Source: Myxococcales bacterium
Lineage (GTDB): Bacteria; Myxococcota; Myxococcia; Myxococcales; 40CM-4-68-19
Length of the DNA stretch: 51,081 nucleotides
Assembly (NCBI GenBank): GCA_036393595.1
Contig: DASWGQ010000053.1
Span: forward strand, 1-51,081
Direction of reading: 5' to 3'
Shown here: piece by piece, positions 22,735-31,663 of the stretch
Layout of the letters: the number at the start of each line of letters is the position of its first letter
Numbering within the stretch: position 1 is the stretch's first letter
Notes under the pieces: generated by a model
Database searches by the model: none
The model's input: only the letters and a program-made list of their open reading frames with translations
Told to the model about the DNA's origin: nothing
Translations under genes and position numbers: made by a program

Positions 22735-22802
22735 ACACGGAGGACACGGAGATCCCGGTTCTTTCAAAAACCCACCTCCGTGTGCTCCGTGCCCTCCGTG
22801 GT
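22735..22802. repeat. Compound hairpin downstream of glmS: ACACGGAG x2 (9-nt period), a 24-nt loop, then CTCCGTG x3 (9-nt period)
   Basis: Read directly. The left copies are ACACGGAG at 22735-22742 and 22744-22751. The right copies are CTCCGTGTG, CTCCGTGCC and CTCCGTGGT at 22776-22802, followed by GAAA. Confidence 0.6.
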
Positions 22803-22829
22803 GAAATTGATTTGGATTTACAGATTCTT

Positions 22830-24677
22830 TTACTCGACGGTGACGGATTTGGCGAGGTTGCGGGGCTGATCGACGTCGGTCCCGCGGTGGTCGGCCACGT
22901 GGTAGCTGAAGAGCTGGGTGGGGATGACCGAGATGATGGGCTGGAGCAGGGGGTTGGTCCGGGGGATGGCGATCGCGCACTCCGCCAGCCGGGGCACCAT
23001 GGTGTCGCCCTCGCTGCAGATGGCGATCACCCGCCCGCCGCGCGCTTTCACCTCCTGGATGTTGCCCAGGATCTTCTCGTAGTTCACGCCCGGGTTGGTC
23101 TCCGAGTCGCGCGGCGCCAGCACCATCACCGGCATGTTCTCGTCGATGAGCGCGATGGGCCCGTGCTTCATCTCGCCCGCCGCGTACCCCTCGGCGTGGA
23201 TGTAGGAGATCTCCTTCAGCTTCAGCGCCCCTTCCAGCGCGACCGGGAACTGCGGCCCCCGGCCGAGGAAGAGCAGATCGCGGGAGGCAGAGAACCTGTA
23301 CGCCGCCTGCTGGATCTCGCCCTCGTGCTTGAGGGTCCGCTCGACCAGCATCGGCAGCTCGCGCAGGGCCTCGAGGTGCTTGCGCGCGGCCGGCGCATCC
23401 AGCGTCCCGCGCAGGCGACCCAGCCGCACGGCGAGGAGGAAGAATGCCGCGAGCTGCGTGGTGAACGCCTTGGTCGAGGCGACGCCGATCTCCGGCCCCG
23501 CGTGCGTGTAGAGCACGTCGTCGGCTTCGCGCGCGATGGCGGAGCCGACCACGTTGCAGATGGCCAACCCGCGCGCCCCGCGCGACTTGGCCTCGCGGAA
23601 GCTGCCCAGCGTGTCCGCCGTCTCGCCGCTCTGCGAGACCGCGACGCACAGCGTGCGGGAGTCGACCAGCGGCTCGCGGTAGCGGAACTCGCTCGCCAGA
23701 TCGACCTCGACCGGGAGCCGCGCCAGCGTCTCGATCATCATCTTGCCCGTCAGCGAGGCGTGCCAGCTGGTGCCGCACGCCACCACGTGCACCTTGTTCA
23801 GGCCGGCGACCGTCTTCGCGTCGAGCTTGCACCCGTCGAGATAGACGTCGCCTTCCTCCACGGAGGCGCGGCCGCGGATGGTGTCGGTCAGCGCGCGCGC
23901 CTGCTCGTGGATCTCCTTGTGCATGAAGTGCTTGTGGCCGTTCTTCTCGGCCATGGTCGGCGTCCAGTCGATGCGGCGGACGCTGCGGGCGAGCTTGTTG
24001 CCCGAGCGGTCGGTCAGCTCGACGCCCTTCTTGGTGATCACCGCGAAGTCCCCCTCCTCGAGGAAGATCACGTCGCGGGTGTGCGCCAGGATGGCCGGCA
24101 CGTCGCTCGCCACGAAGTTGCACTTGTCGCCCAGCCCCAGCACCAGAGGCGAAGCGTTCTTCGCCACCACCAGCATCTCGGGCGAGCGCTCGCTCATCAC
24201 CGCCAGCGCGTACGTCCCCTTCACCTTCGCCAGCGCCGCGCGGACCGCGTCGGGCAGCGCCTTCCCCGACTTCTCCTCGTCGGCGATCAGGTGCGCGAAG
24301 ATCTCCGTGTCGGTTTCCGAGGCGAACCTGTGCCCGGCATGGGAGAGCGTCTCCTTCAGCTCGAGATGGTTCTCGATGATTCCGTTGTGCACCACGGCGA
24401 CGCCGCCGTACTTGTGCGGATGCGCGTTCTCGTCCGAGGGCTTGCCGTGCGTGGCCCAGCGGGTGTGCCCGATGCCGGTCATCCCGCGCGGCGTCTGCTC
24501 TCCGAGCCGCTTCTCGAGGTTGGCGAGCTTGCCCTTGGCCCGGACGACCGAGAGGCCCTCCCTGCCCAGCACCGCCACGCCCGCCGAGTCATAGCCGCGG
24601 TACTCGAGCTTGCGCAGCCCGTCCACCAGGAGGCTCGCGCACTCCTCGTCGCCCACGTATCCCACGATCCCGCACAT
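22830..24677 (-). CDS. glmS: Glutamine--fructose-6-phosphate aminotransferase (isomerising)
   Basis: The internal ATG at 24677 gives MCGIVGYVGDEE (N-terminal Cys nucleophile). Two SIS domains follow, and the protein ends in the canonical ...LAKSVTVE. Confidence 0.95.
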   Translation of the reverse strand: MCGIVGYVGDEECASLLVDGLRKLEYRGYDSAGVAVLGREGLSVVRAKGKLANLEKRLGEQTPRGMTGIGHTRWATHGKPSDENAHPHKYGGVAVVHNGIIENHLELKETLSHAGHRFASETDTEIFAHLIADEEKSGKALPDAVRAALAKVKGTYALAVMSERSPEMLVVAKNASPLVLGLGDKCNFVASDVPAILAHTRDVIFLEEGDFAVITKKGVELTDRSGNKLARSVRRIDWTPTMAEKNGHKHFMHKEIHEQARALTDTIRGRASVEEGDVYLDGCKLDAKTVAGLNKVHVVACGTSWHASLTGKMMIETLARLPVEVDLASEFRYREPLVDSRTLCVAVSQSGETADTLGSFREAKSRGARGLAICNVVGSAIAREADDVLYTHAGPEIGVASTKAFTTQLAAFFLLAVRLGRLRGTLDAPAARKHLEALRELPMLVERTLKHEGEIQQAAYRFSASRDLLFLGRGPQFPVALEGALKLKEISYIHAEGYAAGEMKHGPIALIDENMPVMVLAPRDSETNPGVNYEKILGNIQEVKARGGRVIAICSEGDTMVPRLAECAIAIPRTNPLLQPIISVIPTQLFSYHVADHRGTDVDQPRNLAKSVTVE

Positions 24678-24737
24678 GCTCCACCGCCTCCGCTCCAACC
24701 TAGCTCGTGACGCCCCACGCCCCAACCGCCGGACCGC

Positions 24738-26150
<1,413 letters not shown>

Positions 26151-26312
26151 CGATGCTCCTTCTCGTCCACTTTCCAACCGCCTGCCCGCGCGGCCGCCCG
26201 GCACCTGTTGGTAGGTCTCGCGTCGGGCAGCGTCAACCGCCGCACGCCGCGCCTCCGCTGTCGCGCGTTCGAAATGCCGCGTGCGAGACGCATGCCATGC
26301 TACCGTCATCGC

Positions 26313-27101
26313 ATGGCGCCGGAGCCGCCGCCATTCGTCGACCTGCATCTCCACGCCGAGGGAGTGAGCGACGCCGACCTCACTACCCTGGCCTGGTTCG
26401 GGCTCAGCGCCGCCGTGACCTGCGCGAACGACGCCGGCGCTTCCAGCGCGGAGGAGCTGCGGCGCCACTGGGACGGCCTCGTCACCGTGCAGGTGGAGCG
26501 GCTCCGGGCCGCCGGGATCCGCCCCTGGGTGGCGCTGGCCGTGCACCCGGCGCGCATCCCGTGGCATGGCGTGGACGACCTGTTGCACCGGCTGCCGCGC
26601 TACTTCGACGACCCGCGCGTGGTCGCGCTCGGCGAGCTGGGCCTGCACGAGGGCGGCGAGCGCGAGGAGGAGCTGCTCGCGCGCCAGCTGGAGCTCTCGC
26701 TCGCGCTACGCAAGCCGGTGATCGTGCACACGCCGGGGCAGGGGAAGCTGGCGGTGACCCGCAGGCTGCTCGCGGTACTGCGCGAGTCGCGCCTGGAACC
26801 CACCCGCGTCCTGGTCGATCACGTCACCGAGGAGACGTTCCTCTTGGTGCGCGGCTGCGGGCACTTCGCCGGGCTGACGTTGCAGCCGGGCCTGCTCGAG
26901 CCGGCGGACGCCGCGCAGCTGCTCTCGCGGAACGGCGCCGAGGGAGTGGTGCTGACGAGCGACATCGGCGAGGGCGCGACCGACCTGCTCGCTCTGCCCC
27001 GCGCGGCCGAGGCGCTGCGCAAGGCCGGCCTCTCCGAGGCGCTGGCCCGGCGCGCCCTCTACGAAGGCCCGCTGTCCTTCCTGGGCATCGCGGCCGAGTA
27101 A
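26313..27101 (+). CDS. TatD-related metal-dependent hydrolase (amidohydrolase fold)
   Basis: The internal ATG at 26313 of ORF 24861..27101 gives 262 aa: MAPEPPPFVDLHLHAEG... (HxH motif). The segments ALGELGLHEGGE and VIVHTP follow. Confidence 0.65.
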   Translation: MAPEPPPFVDLHLHAEGVSDADLTTLAWFGLSAAVTCANDAGASSAEELRRHWDGLVTVQVERLRAAGIRPWVALAVHPARIPWHGVDDLLHRLPRYFDDPRVVALGELGLHEGGEREEELLARQLELSLALRKPVIVHTPGQGKLAVTRRLLAVLRESRLEPTRVLVDHVTEETFLLVRGCGHFAGLTLQPGLLEPADAAQLLSRNGAEGVVLTSDIGEGATDLLALPRAAEALRKAGLSEALARRALYEGPLSFLGIAAE

Positions 27102-27118
27102 CCGCTGTCGGGTGCCGT

Positions 27119-27388
27119 TTACCGCGTGAGGTTGCTGGACAGCGACAGCGAACAAGTCTGCCCGCTGGCGCTCGCCGTGCCGGCCGAGCTCAAGCTCATG
27201 CTGTGCCCGTCCGCGGTCGTGAGCGTGTAGCTAGTCATCGTCGTGGTGACCACGACCCCATTGGCCGTCCCGCTGCAGGAAACGGGGCCGTTCGCCAGCG
27301 TGCCCGTATTGCCACGCCCGGCCGCCCTGCCGGGTGTGCGATTTCGTACATTGAGCCAAGCCTGCGACCCCTCGTAGGGTTTCCCCAC
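27119..27388 (-). other. Coding-like segment without a convincing start (possible small gene or 3' remnant)
   Basis: The reverse frame reads ...GKPYEGSQAWLNVRNRTPGRAAGRGNTGTLANGPVSCSGTANGVVVTTTMTSYTLTTADGHSMSLSSAGTASASGQTCSLSLSSNLTR and ends in TAA. Third codon positions are mostly G/C. The only starts are GTG at 27388 (no signal peptide, poor SD) and ATG at 27238 (39 aa, no SD). Confidence 0.25.
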
Positions 27389-27536
27389 GACCGGCGCGCC
27401 ACTCCCGATCCGCGGGAGGGGCCGCTTGGCTGGGATGGGGTGGCGTTGCCGGGGTGCGGCGCCAGGCGCTCGAAGGGCCCGAGGGCCCCGCACGACGAGG
27501 CCGGAGCCGCGCTGAAGCGACGCCGCTGGAGGCGCT

Positions 27537-27965
27537 TTGCTGGCTGCAACATGGATGGCTGCATCGCTCGTGATCGGGGCCGCCCACCCGCACCTGTTCT
27601 TCGAGGCGGGGGACGTCGGGGCGCTCCGCACCGCGGCGGCAGGCACGCACAACGAGATCGCATCGCACCTCACGTCGATCCTCTCGCAGCACCTGGGCGA
27701 CCCCGCGCCAGCAGATCCCGGATCCGACGGCGGCACGTACATCGACGGCGGCACGATCGGCCCGATCGACTCCGGCCCCGGCGACCTGGAGCCCGACGGT
27801 GGCACGGCGCAACCCGACGCCGGGTTTGCGGTGGGTCCGCCGCCGACCTCCGGCTCCTCCTTCCCCCACGGTGGGTTCGGGTGCTCCAGCGGAGGTGCCG
27901 CGATGGGGCTCGAGGTCGGCGTGCTCCTCGCGCTCGCCGGCCTGCGCCGGCGCCGGAGAGGGTGA
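27537..27965 (+). CDS. Small secreted protein with a MYXO-CTERM sorting tag
   Basis: The TTG start lies 4 nt after GGAGG (27528-27532), with an in-frame stop at 27513, so the ORF cannot be longer. The C-terminus GGFGCSSGGAAMGLEVGVLLALAGLRRRRRG has the MYXO-CTERM architecture (GC motif, hydrophobic helix, Arg cluster). A Gly/Asp/Pro-rich linker precedes it. Confidence 0.6.
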   Translation: MLAATWMAASLVIGAAHPHLFFEAGDVGALRTAAAGTHNEIASHLTSILSQHLGDPAPADPGSDGGTYIDGGTIGPIDSGPGDLEPDGGTAQPDAGFAVGPPPTSGSSFPHGGFGCSSGGAAMGLEVGVLLALAGLRRRRRG

Positions 27966-28108
27966 AAAGTAGCCGCCCTCCGGGAAAGCAGGCAGACAGG
28001 CGTGGGGCGACTCGTCCGCTGGGCACGCGCGTGCTACCGTGTGCGCTCAGCGCGCCGGACCCCGGGCGGGAAGCCGGGCGCCGGCACCCGTTGTTGATCA
28101 GGCCAGCA

Positions 28109-29377
28109 ATGACCGACACGCTCCGCCGCTTCCTGCCGCTCGCCCTCGCCGCCGCAACGGTGGCCGCGCCTGCCTGCAAACGGACGCACCTCGCGGCCGA
28201 GGCCGCGCCGGCCGTCAAGCCGCCCGCAGGGGCCTCGGTCGTCGCCGCCCCGGCAGCCTCGACCGCCAAGCCGATCGACGCCTCGGACGCCGTGCGCGGG
28301 GCCCAGCGCCCCCAGCCCGAGCCTCCGGCGCCACCCTGCTTGCCGTCGCCGGAGGGGCGCGAGCCGCCGGTGCCCGACCTGCTCGAGCAGGCGTCCCGCG
28401 ACTTCGAGAAGGGCCGGTTCGAGGACGCGCTGGAGTGCGCCCGCGAGGCCGGGCGCATCGATCCGCAGAGCGTCGCCGCCCACCACTTCCGCGGCGCCGC
28501 GCTCACCGAGCTCGGGCACGTCGACGAGGCCCGCACGGCGTACGCGCGCGCCCTGGCCCTGGACCCCGACGATCCCGAGGTGCTCCGCTCCGCGGCCGAT
28601 CTGCACGTCCGCCGCCTGGGCGGCCGCGACGACCTGGAGCTGGCGCTCGCGTATACGCACCGCGCCTTCCCGCGCGCGCACCGGATGAAGGACCGCGCGC
28701 TGCTCAAGGACCTCCACCTGCTCGAAGCGATGGCGCTCGACGACCTCGGCCGCCCCGGCGAGGCGCTGGCCGCGGCCAACAAGGCGATCGAGCTGGACGG
28801 CAAGGATCGCGAGGCGCGCCGGGAGAAGGGCGTGGCGCTGTTCGAGCTGTGCCGCTTCGGCGAGGCGAAGGCGGAGCTGGAGAAGCTGACCTCGGAGGAG
28901 CAGGACGCCTGGGCCGAGCACTACCTGGGGCTCATCGCCGAGCGCGCGCAGGACGACGTGGCGGCGGCCGCCCATTTCGCGCGGGCGCAGAAGCTGGACG
29001 CCGAGGCGTTCAAGCCGACCGCGACGCCGAGCGTCTCGGCGTTCGCGCACGTCGTGCAGGAGGAAGTCGCCCGGCTCCCTGCCGGGATCCAGGCCGGCCT
29101 GAAGCGATCGAACTTCGCCGTCGTGGACCTGCCGGACGTGGGCGACCTGACCGCCACCGATCCGCCGCTCTCGCCGGGCATCCTGGGGCTGTTCCGCCCG
29201 CCGGCCGACGGGTCGGGCGATCAGGACAAGCCGGCCATCTTCCTCTACCGGAAGAACCTCTCCCGCGCGGCGCACAACGACGAGGAGCTGCGGCGGGAGG
29301 TGCGCGACACGCTGATCCACGAGGTCGGCCACCTGAACGGCGAGGACGACGATCAGCTCCGCGATCGCGGGCTATAA
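28109..29377 (+). CDS. Lipoprotein with TPR repeats and a C-terminal zincin (Zincin_1/DUF1025-like) metallopeptidase domain
   Basis: The internal ATG at 28109 of ORF 25868..29377 gives MTDTLRRFLPLALAAATVAAPAC (lipobox). TPR-like helices follow (FEDALECAREAGRIDPQSVAAHHFRGAALTELGHVDEARTAY...). The C-terminus reads ...AIFLYRKNL...VRDTLIHEVGHLNGEDDDQL. Confidence 0.7.
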   Translation: MTDTLRRFLPLALAAATVAAPACKRTHLAAEAAPAVKPPAGASVVAAPAASTAKPIDASDAVRGAQRPQPEPPAPPCLPSPEGREPPVPDLLEQASRDFEKGRFEDALECAREAGRIDPQSVAAHHFRGAALTELGHVDEARTAYARALALDPDDPEVLRSAADLHVRRLGGRDDLELALAYTHRAFPRAHRMKDRALLKDLHLLEAMALDDLGRPGEALAAANKAIELDGKDREARREKGVALFELCRFGEAKAELEKLTSEEQDAWAEHYLGLIAERAQDDVAAAAHFARAQKLDAEAFKPTATPSVSAFAHVVQEEVARLPAGIQAGLKRSNFAVVDLPDVGDLTATDPPLSPGILGLFRPPADGSGDQDKPAIFLYRKNLSRAAHNDEELRREVRDTLIHEVGHLNGEDDDQLRDRGL

Positions 29378-29386
29378 AGGCGCGCG

Positions 29387-29887
29387 ATGAAGATGATCGA
29401 CGTGGGGGGGAAGGAGCGGACGAGCCGCGTGGCCATCGCCCGCGCGGAGCTGAAGTGCAGCCGCGGGGCCCTCAAGCTCCTCAACGAAGGCCGGCTGGAG
29501 AAGGGCGACGCGCTGGCCGCGGCCCGGCTCGCCGGCATCATGGCGGCGAAGCACACGCCGCAACTCCTGCCGCTCTGCCACACCATCTCCATCGCGGGCG
29601 CGGACGTGGAGGTCGCGGCCGACGAGGAGGCAGGCGTCGTCCGGATCGAGGCGCGCGTGCACGCCATCGAGCGCACCGGCGTGGAGATGGAGGCGATGAC
29701 CGCCGCTTGCGCCGCCGCGCTGACCGTCTACGACATGATGAAGAGGCACGACCGGGGGATGGAGCTGGTCTCGCTCCGCCTGGTCAAGAAGTCCGGCGGC
29801 CGCAGCGGCGAATGGGTCCGCCAGGGCGAAGAAGTCCGCGACACCGACCCCGCCCCGACGCGCGCGAGCAAGAAAGCCGCCAAGTAG
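29387..29887 (+). CDS. moaC: Cyclic pyranopterin monophosphate synthase
   Basis: 166 aa, containing ...KGDALAAARLAGIMAAKHTPQLLPLCH...TGVEMEAMTAACAAALTVYDM. Confidence 0.9.
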   Translation: MKMIDVGGKERTSRVAIARAELKCSRGALKLLNEGRLEKGDALAAARLAGIMAAKHTPQLLPLCHTISIAGADVEVAADEEAGVVRIEARVHAIERTGVEMEAMTAACAAALTVYDMMKRHDRGMELVSLRLVKKSGGRSGEWVRQGEEVRDTDPAPTRASKKAAK

Positions 29888-29910
29888 CTCCGTGGTGCAA
29901 TTGGTTTGGC

Positions 29911-30846
29911 TCAGTGGACGCCTTGGGAGGCGAGCCAGCGTTCGGCGTCGATGGCCGCCATGCAGCCGGTGCCGGCGGCGGTGACGGCCTGGCGGTAGAC
30001 CGGGTCGGCGGCGTCGCCCGAGGCGAACACCCCGGGGATGCTGGTCTTGGTCGTTCCCGGCTGAATTTTGATGTAGCCGACGGGATCCATCTCCAGCTGG
30101 CCCTTGAACAGCTCGGTGTTCGGCGTGTGCCCGATGGCCACGAAGAGGCCGTTCACCGGGAGGGTCTTCCGCTCGCCGCTCTGCGTGTTCTTGGTCTTCA
30201 CGCCCGTCACGCCCGACTTCCTGTCGCCGAGCACCTCGACGACCTCCTGGTTCCACTCCCAGCCGATCTTCGGGTTGGCGAACGCGCGCTGCTGCATGAC
30301 CTTGCTGGCGCGCAGATCGCCGCGGCGGTGGATGACCGTCACCTTGGAGGCCATCTTGGTGAGGAAGAGCGCCTCCTCCATGGCGGTGTCGCCGCCGCCG
30401 ACCACCCCGATGTCCTTGTTGCGGAAGAAGAAGCCGTCGCAGGTGGCGCAGGCGGACACCCCGTGGCCGCTCAGCGCCTTTTCGGTGGGGATGTCGAGCC
30501 ACTTGGCCGACGCCCCGGTGGCGATGATGACCGCCTCCGCGTGCATCTGGCGCTTGCCGGCCTCGACCAGGAACGGCCGCTCGCGCAGCTGGACGCGGGT
30601 CACGACGTCATCGATGATCTGGGTCCCGAAGCGCTCCGCCTGGGCGCGGAACAGCTCCATCAGCTCCGGGCCGAGGATCCCGGTGGGGAACCCGGGATAG
30701 TTCTCCACGTCGGTGGTGATGGTGAGCTGCCCGCCGGGCTGGAGGCCGGTGAAGATCACGGGCTTCAGGTTCGCGCGAGCGGCATAGATGGCCGCCGTGT
30801 ACCCCGCCGGGCCGCTTCCGACGATCACGATGGCGTGCTTCTCCAC
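29911..30846 (-). CDS. trxB: Thioredoxin-disulfide reductase
   Basis: 311 aa. The FAD motif is VGSGPAGYTAA, the redox-active site is CATCDG, and the NADPH motif is GGGDTAMEEA. Confidence 0.93.
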   Translation of the reverse strand: MEKHAIVIVGSGPAGYTAAIYAARANLKPVIFTGLQPGGQLTITTDVENYPGFPTGILGPELMELFRAQAERFGTQIIDDVVTRVQLRERPFLVEAGKRQMHAEAVIIATGASAKWLDIPTEKALSGHGVSACATCDGFFFRNKDIGVVGGGDTAMEEALFLTKMASKVTVIHRRGDLRASKVMQQRAFANPKIGWEWNQEVVEVLGDRKSGVTGVKTKNTQSGERKTLPVNGLFVAIGHTPNTELFKGQLEMDPVGYIKIQPGTTKTSIPGVFASGDAADPVYRQAVTAAGTGCMAAIDAERWLASQGVH

Positions 30847-30964
30847 TCTGCATCACTCCTGGGCGGATTTCGATGCCGCGGCGCCGTCCTCGGTGCGCGC
30901 GCAGCATAGCGGAGAAATCGCCTCCGCCGGGGCGCATTTGCTAGAGTGACCGCGAGGAACCCCT

Positions 30965-31426
30965 TTGGACCCCGCACAGCTCAAGAAGATCCCGCTCTTC
31001 GCGAATCTGACCACCGACCACCTGCAGAAGGTGGGTGCCATCGCGGCGCAGAAGCAGCTCAAGGCGAACGAGCGCGTCTTCCAGGAGGGTGAAGTCGGGA
31101 CCGAGATGTACATCATCGCCTCCGGAAAGGTGCGCATCTCCAAGATGGTGCCGGGGGTGGGTGAGGAGGCGCTCGCCATCCTGGAGCCCGGCAGCTACTT
31201 CGGGGAGATGGCGCTGATCGACGACACGCCGCGCTCGGCCGACGCCACCGCGCACCTCGCCTGCACGCTGTTCGTCATCCAGAAGGCCGACCTCGAGCAG
31301 CTGATGTTCTTGCACAAGGACCTGGCGTACGAGCTGCTCTGGACCTTCGTGCGCACGCTCTCCGCGCGGCTGCGGGAGACGAACGACAAGATCAAGGCCT
31401 TCTTCGCCCTGTCCGCCCGCTTCTAG
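30965..31426 (+). CDS. Stand-alone cyclic-nucleotide-binding domain protein
   Basis: 153 aa, with a TTG start 4 nt after GAGGAA. The cNMP phosphate-binding-cassette context is GSYFGEMALIDDTPRSADA. There is no DNA-binding or other output domain. Confidence 0.8.
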   Translation: MDPAQLKKIPLFANLTTDHLQKVGAIAAQKQLKANERVFQEGEVGTEMYIIASGKVRISKMVPGVGEEALAILEPGSYFGEMALIDDTPRSADATAHLACTLFVIQKADLEQLMFLHKDLAYELLWTFVRTLSARLRETNDKIKAFFALSARF

Positions 31427-31440
31427 CCGAAACGTCTGCC

Positions 31441-31558
31441 GAAAAGCGTTTCACGCGGAGCGCGCTGAGAACGCGGAGCGCGCTGAGATCCTTCTTGAAG
31501 AGCGAATCTCCGCGCGCTCTCTTCACCTCCGCGCGCTCCGCGTGAAACGCCCTTGGTC
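31441..31558. repeat. Compound hairpin downstream of the cNMP-binding gene: CGCGGAGCGCGCTGAGA x2, an 18-nt loop, then complementary copies x2, with TTTCA/TGAAA flanks
   Basis: Read directly. 31446-31465 (GCGTTTCACGCGGAGCGCGC) is the perfect reverse complement of 31531-31550. The inner pair, 31476-31488 against 31507-31519, matches with one mismatch. Confidence 0.7.
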
Positions 31559-31635
31559 CGCGCCGTGACTCGGTTTGGGCGGAGGTGTCCTGTTTTCGGA
31601 CCCCGTCCTTGCAACAAAAGCCCTCTCAAGCACGG

Positions 31636-31651
31636 TGGCACGGGCGCTGCA
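31636..31651 (+). promoter_or_regulatory. Candidate sigma-54 (-24/-12) promoter upstream of radC-recQ
   Basis: TGGCACG-GGCG-CTGCA compares with the consensus TGGCACG-N4-TTGCW: the -24 element is exact and the -12 TGC is kept. It lies only ~13 nt before the radC ATG (31664), which would imply a nearly leaderless mRNA. Confidence 0.3.
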
Positions 31652-31663
31652 GAACGGGCGGGT

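Noticed and set aside
24678-24737. A possible glmS ribozyme or other riboswitch leader upstream of glmS.
   Set aside because: Only ~60 nt separate the glmU stop from the glmS start, and the genes appear co-transcribed. That is too short for the glmS ribozyme, and no conserved core is evident.
27352-27381. A sigma-70-like promoter guess (TTGAGC-N18-TAGGGT) upstream of the MYXO-CTERM gene.
   Set aside because: It matches only 4/6 plus 4/6 positions with non-optimal spacing, in the one AT-richer patch. That is too weak to report as a feature without TSS data.
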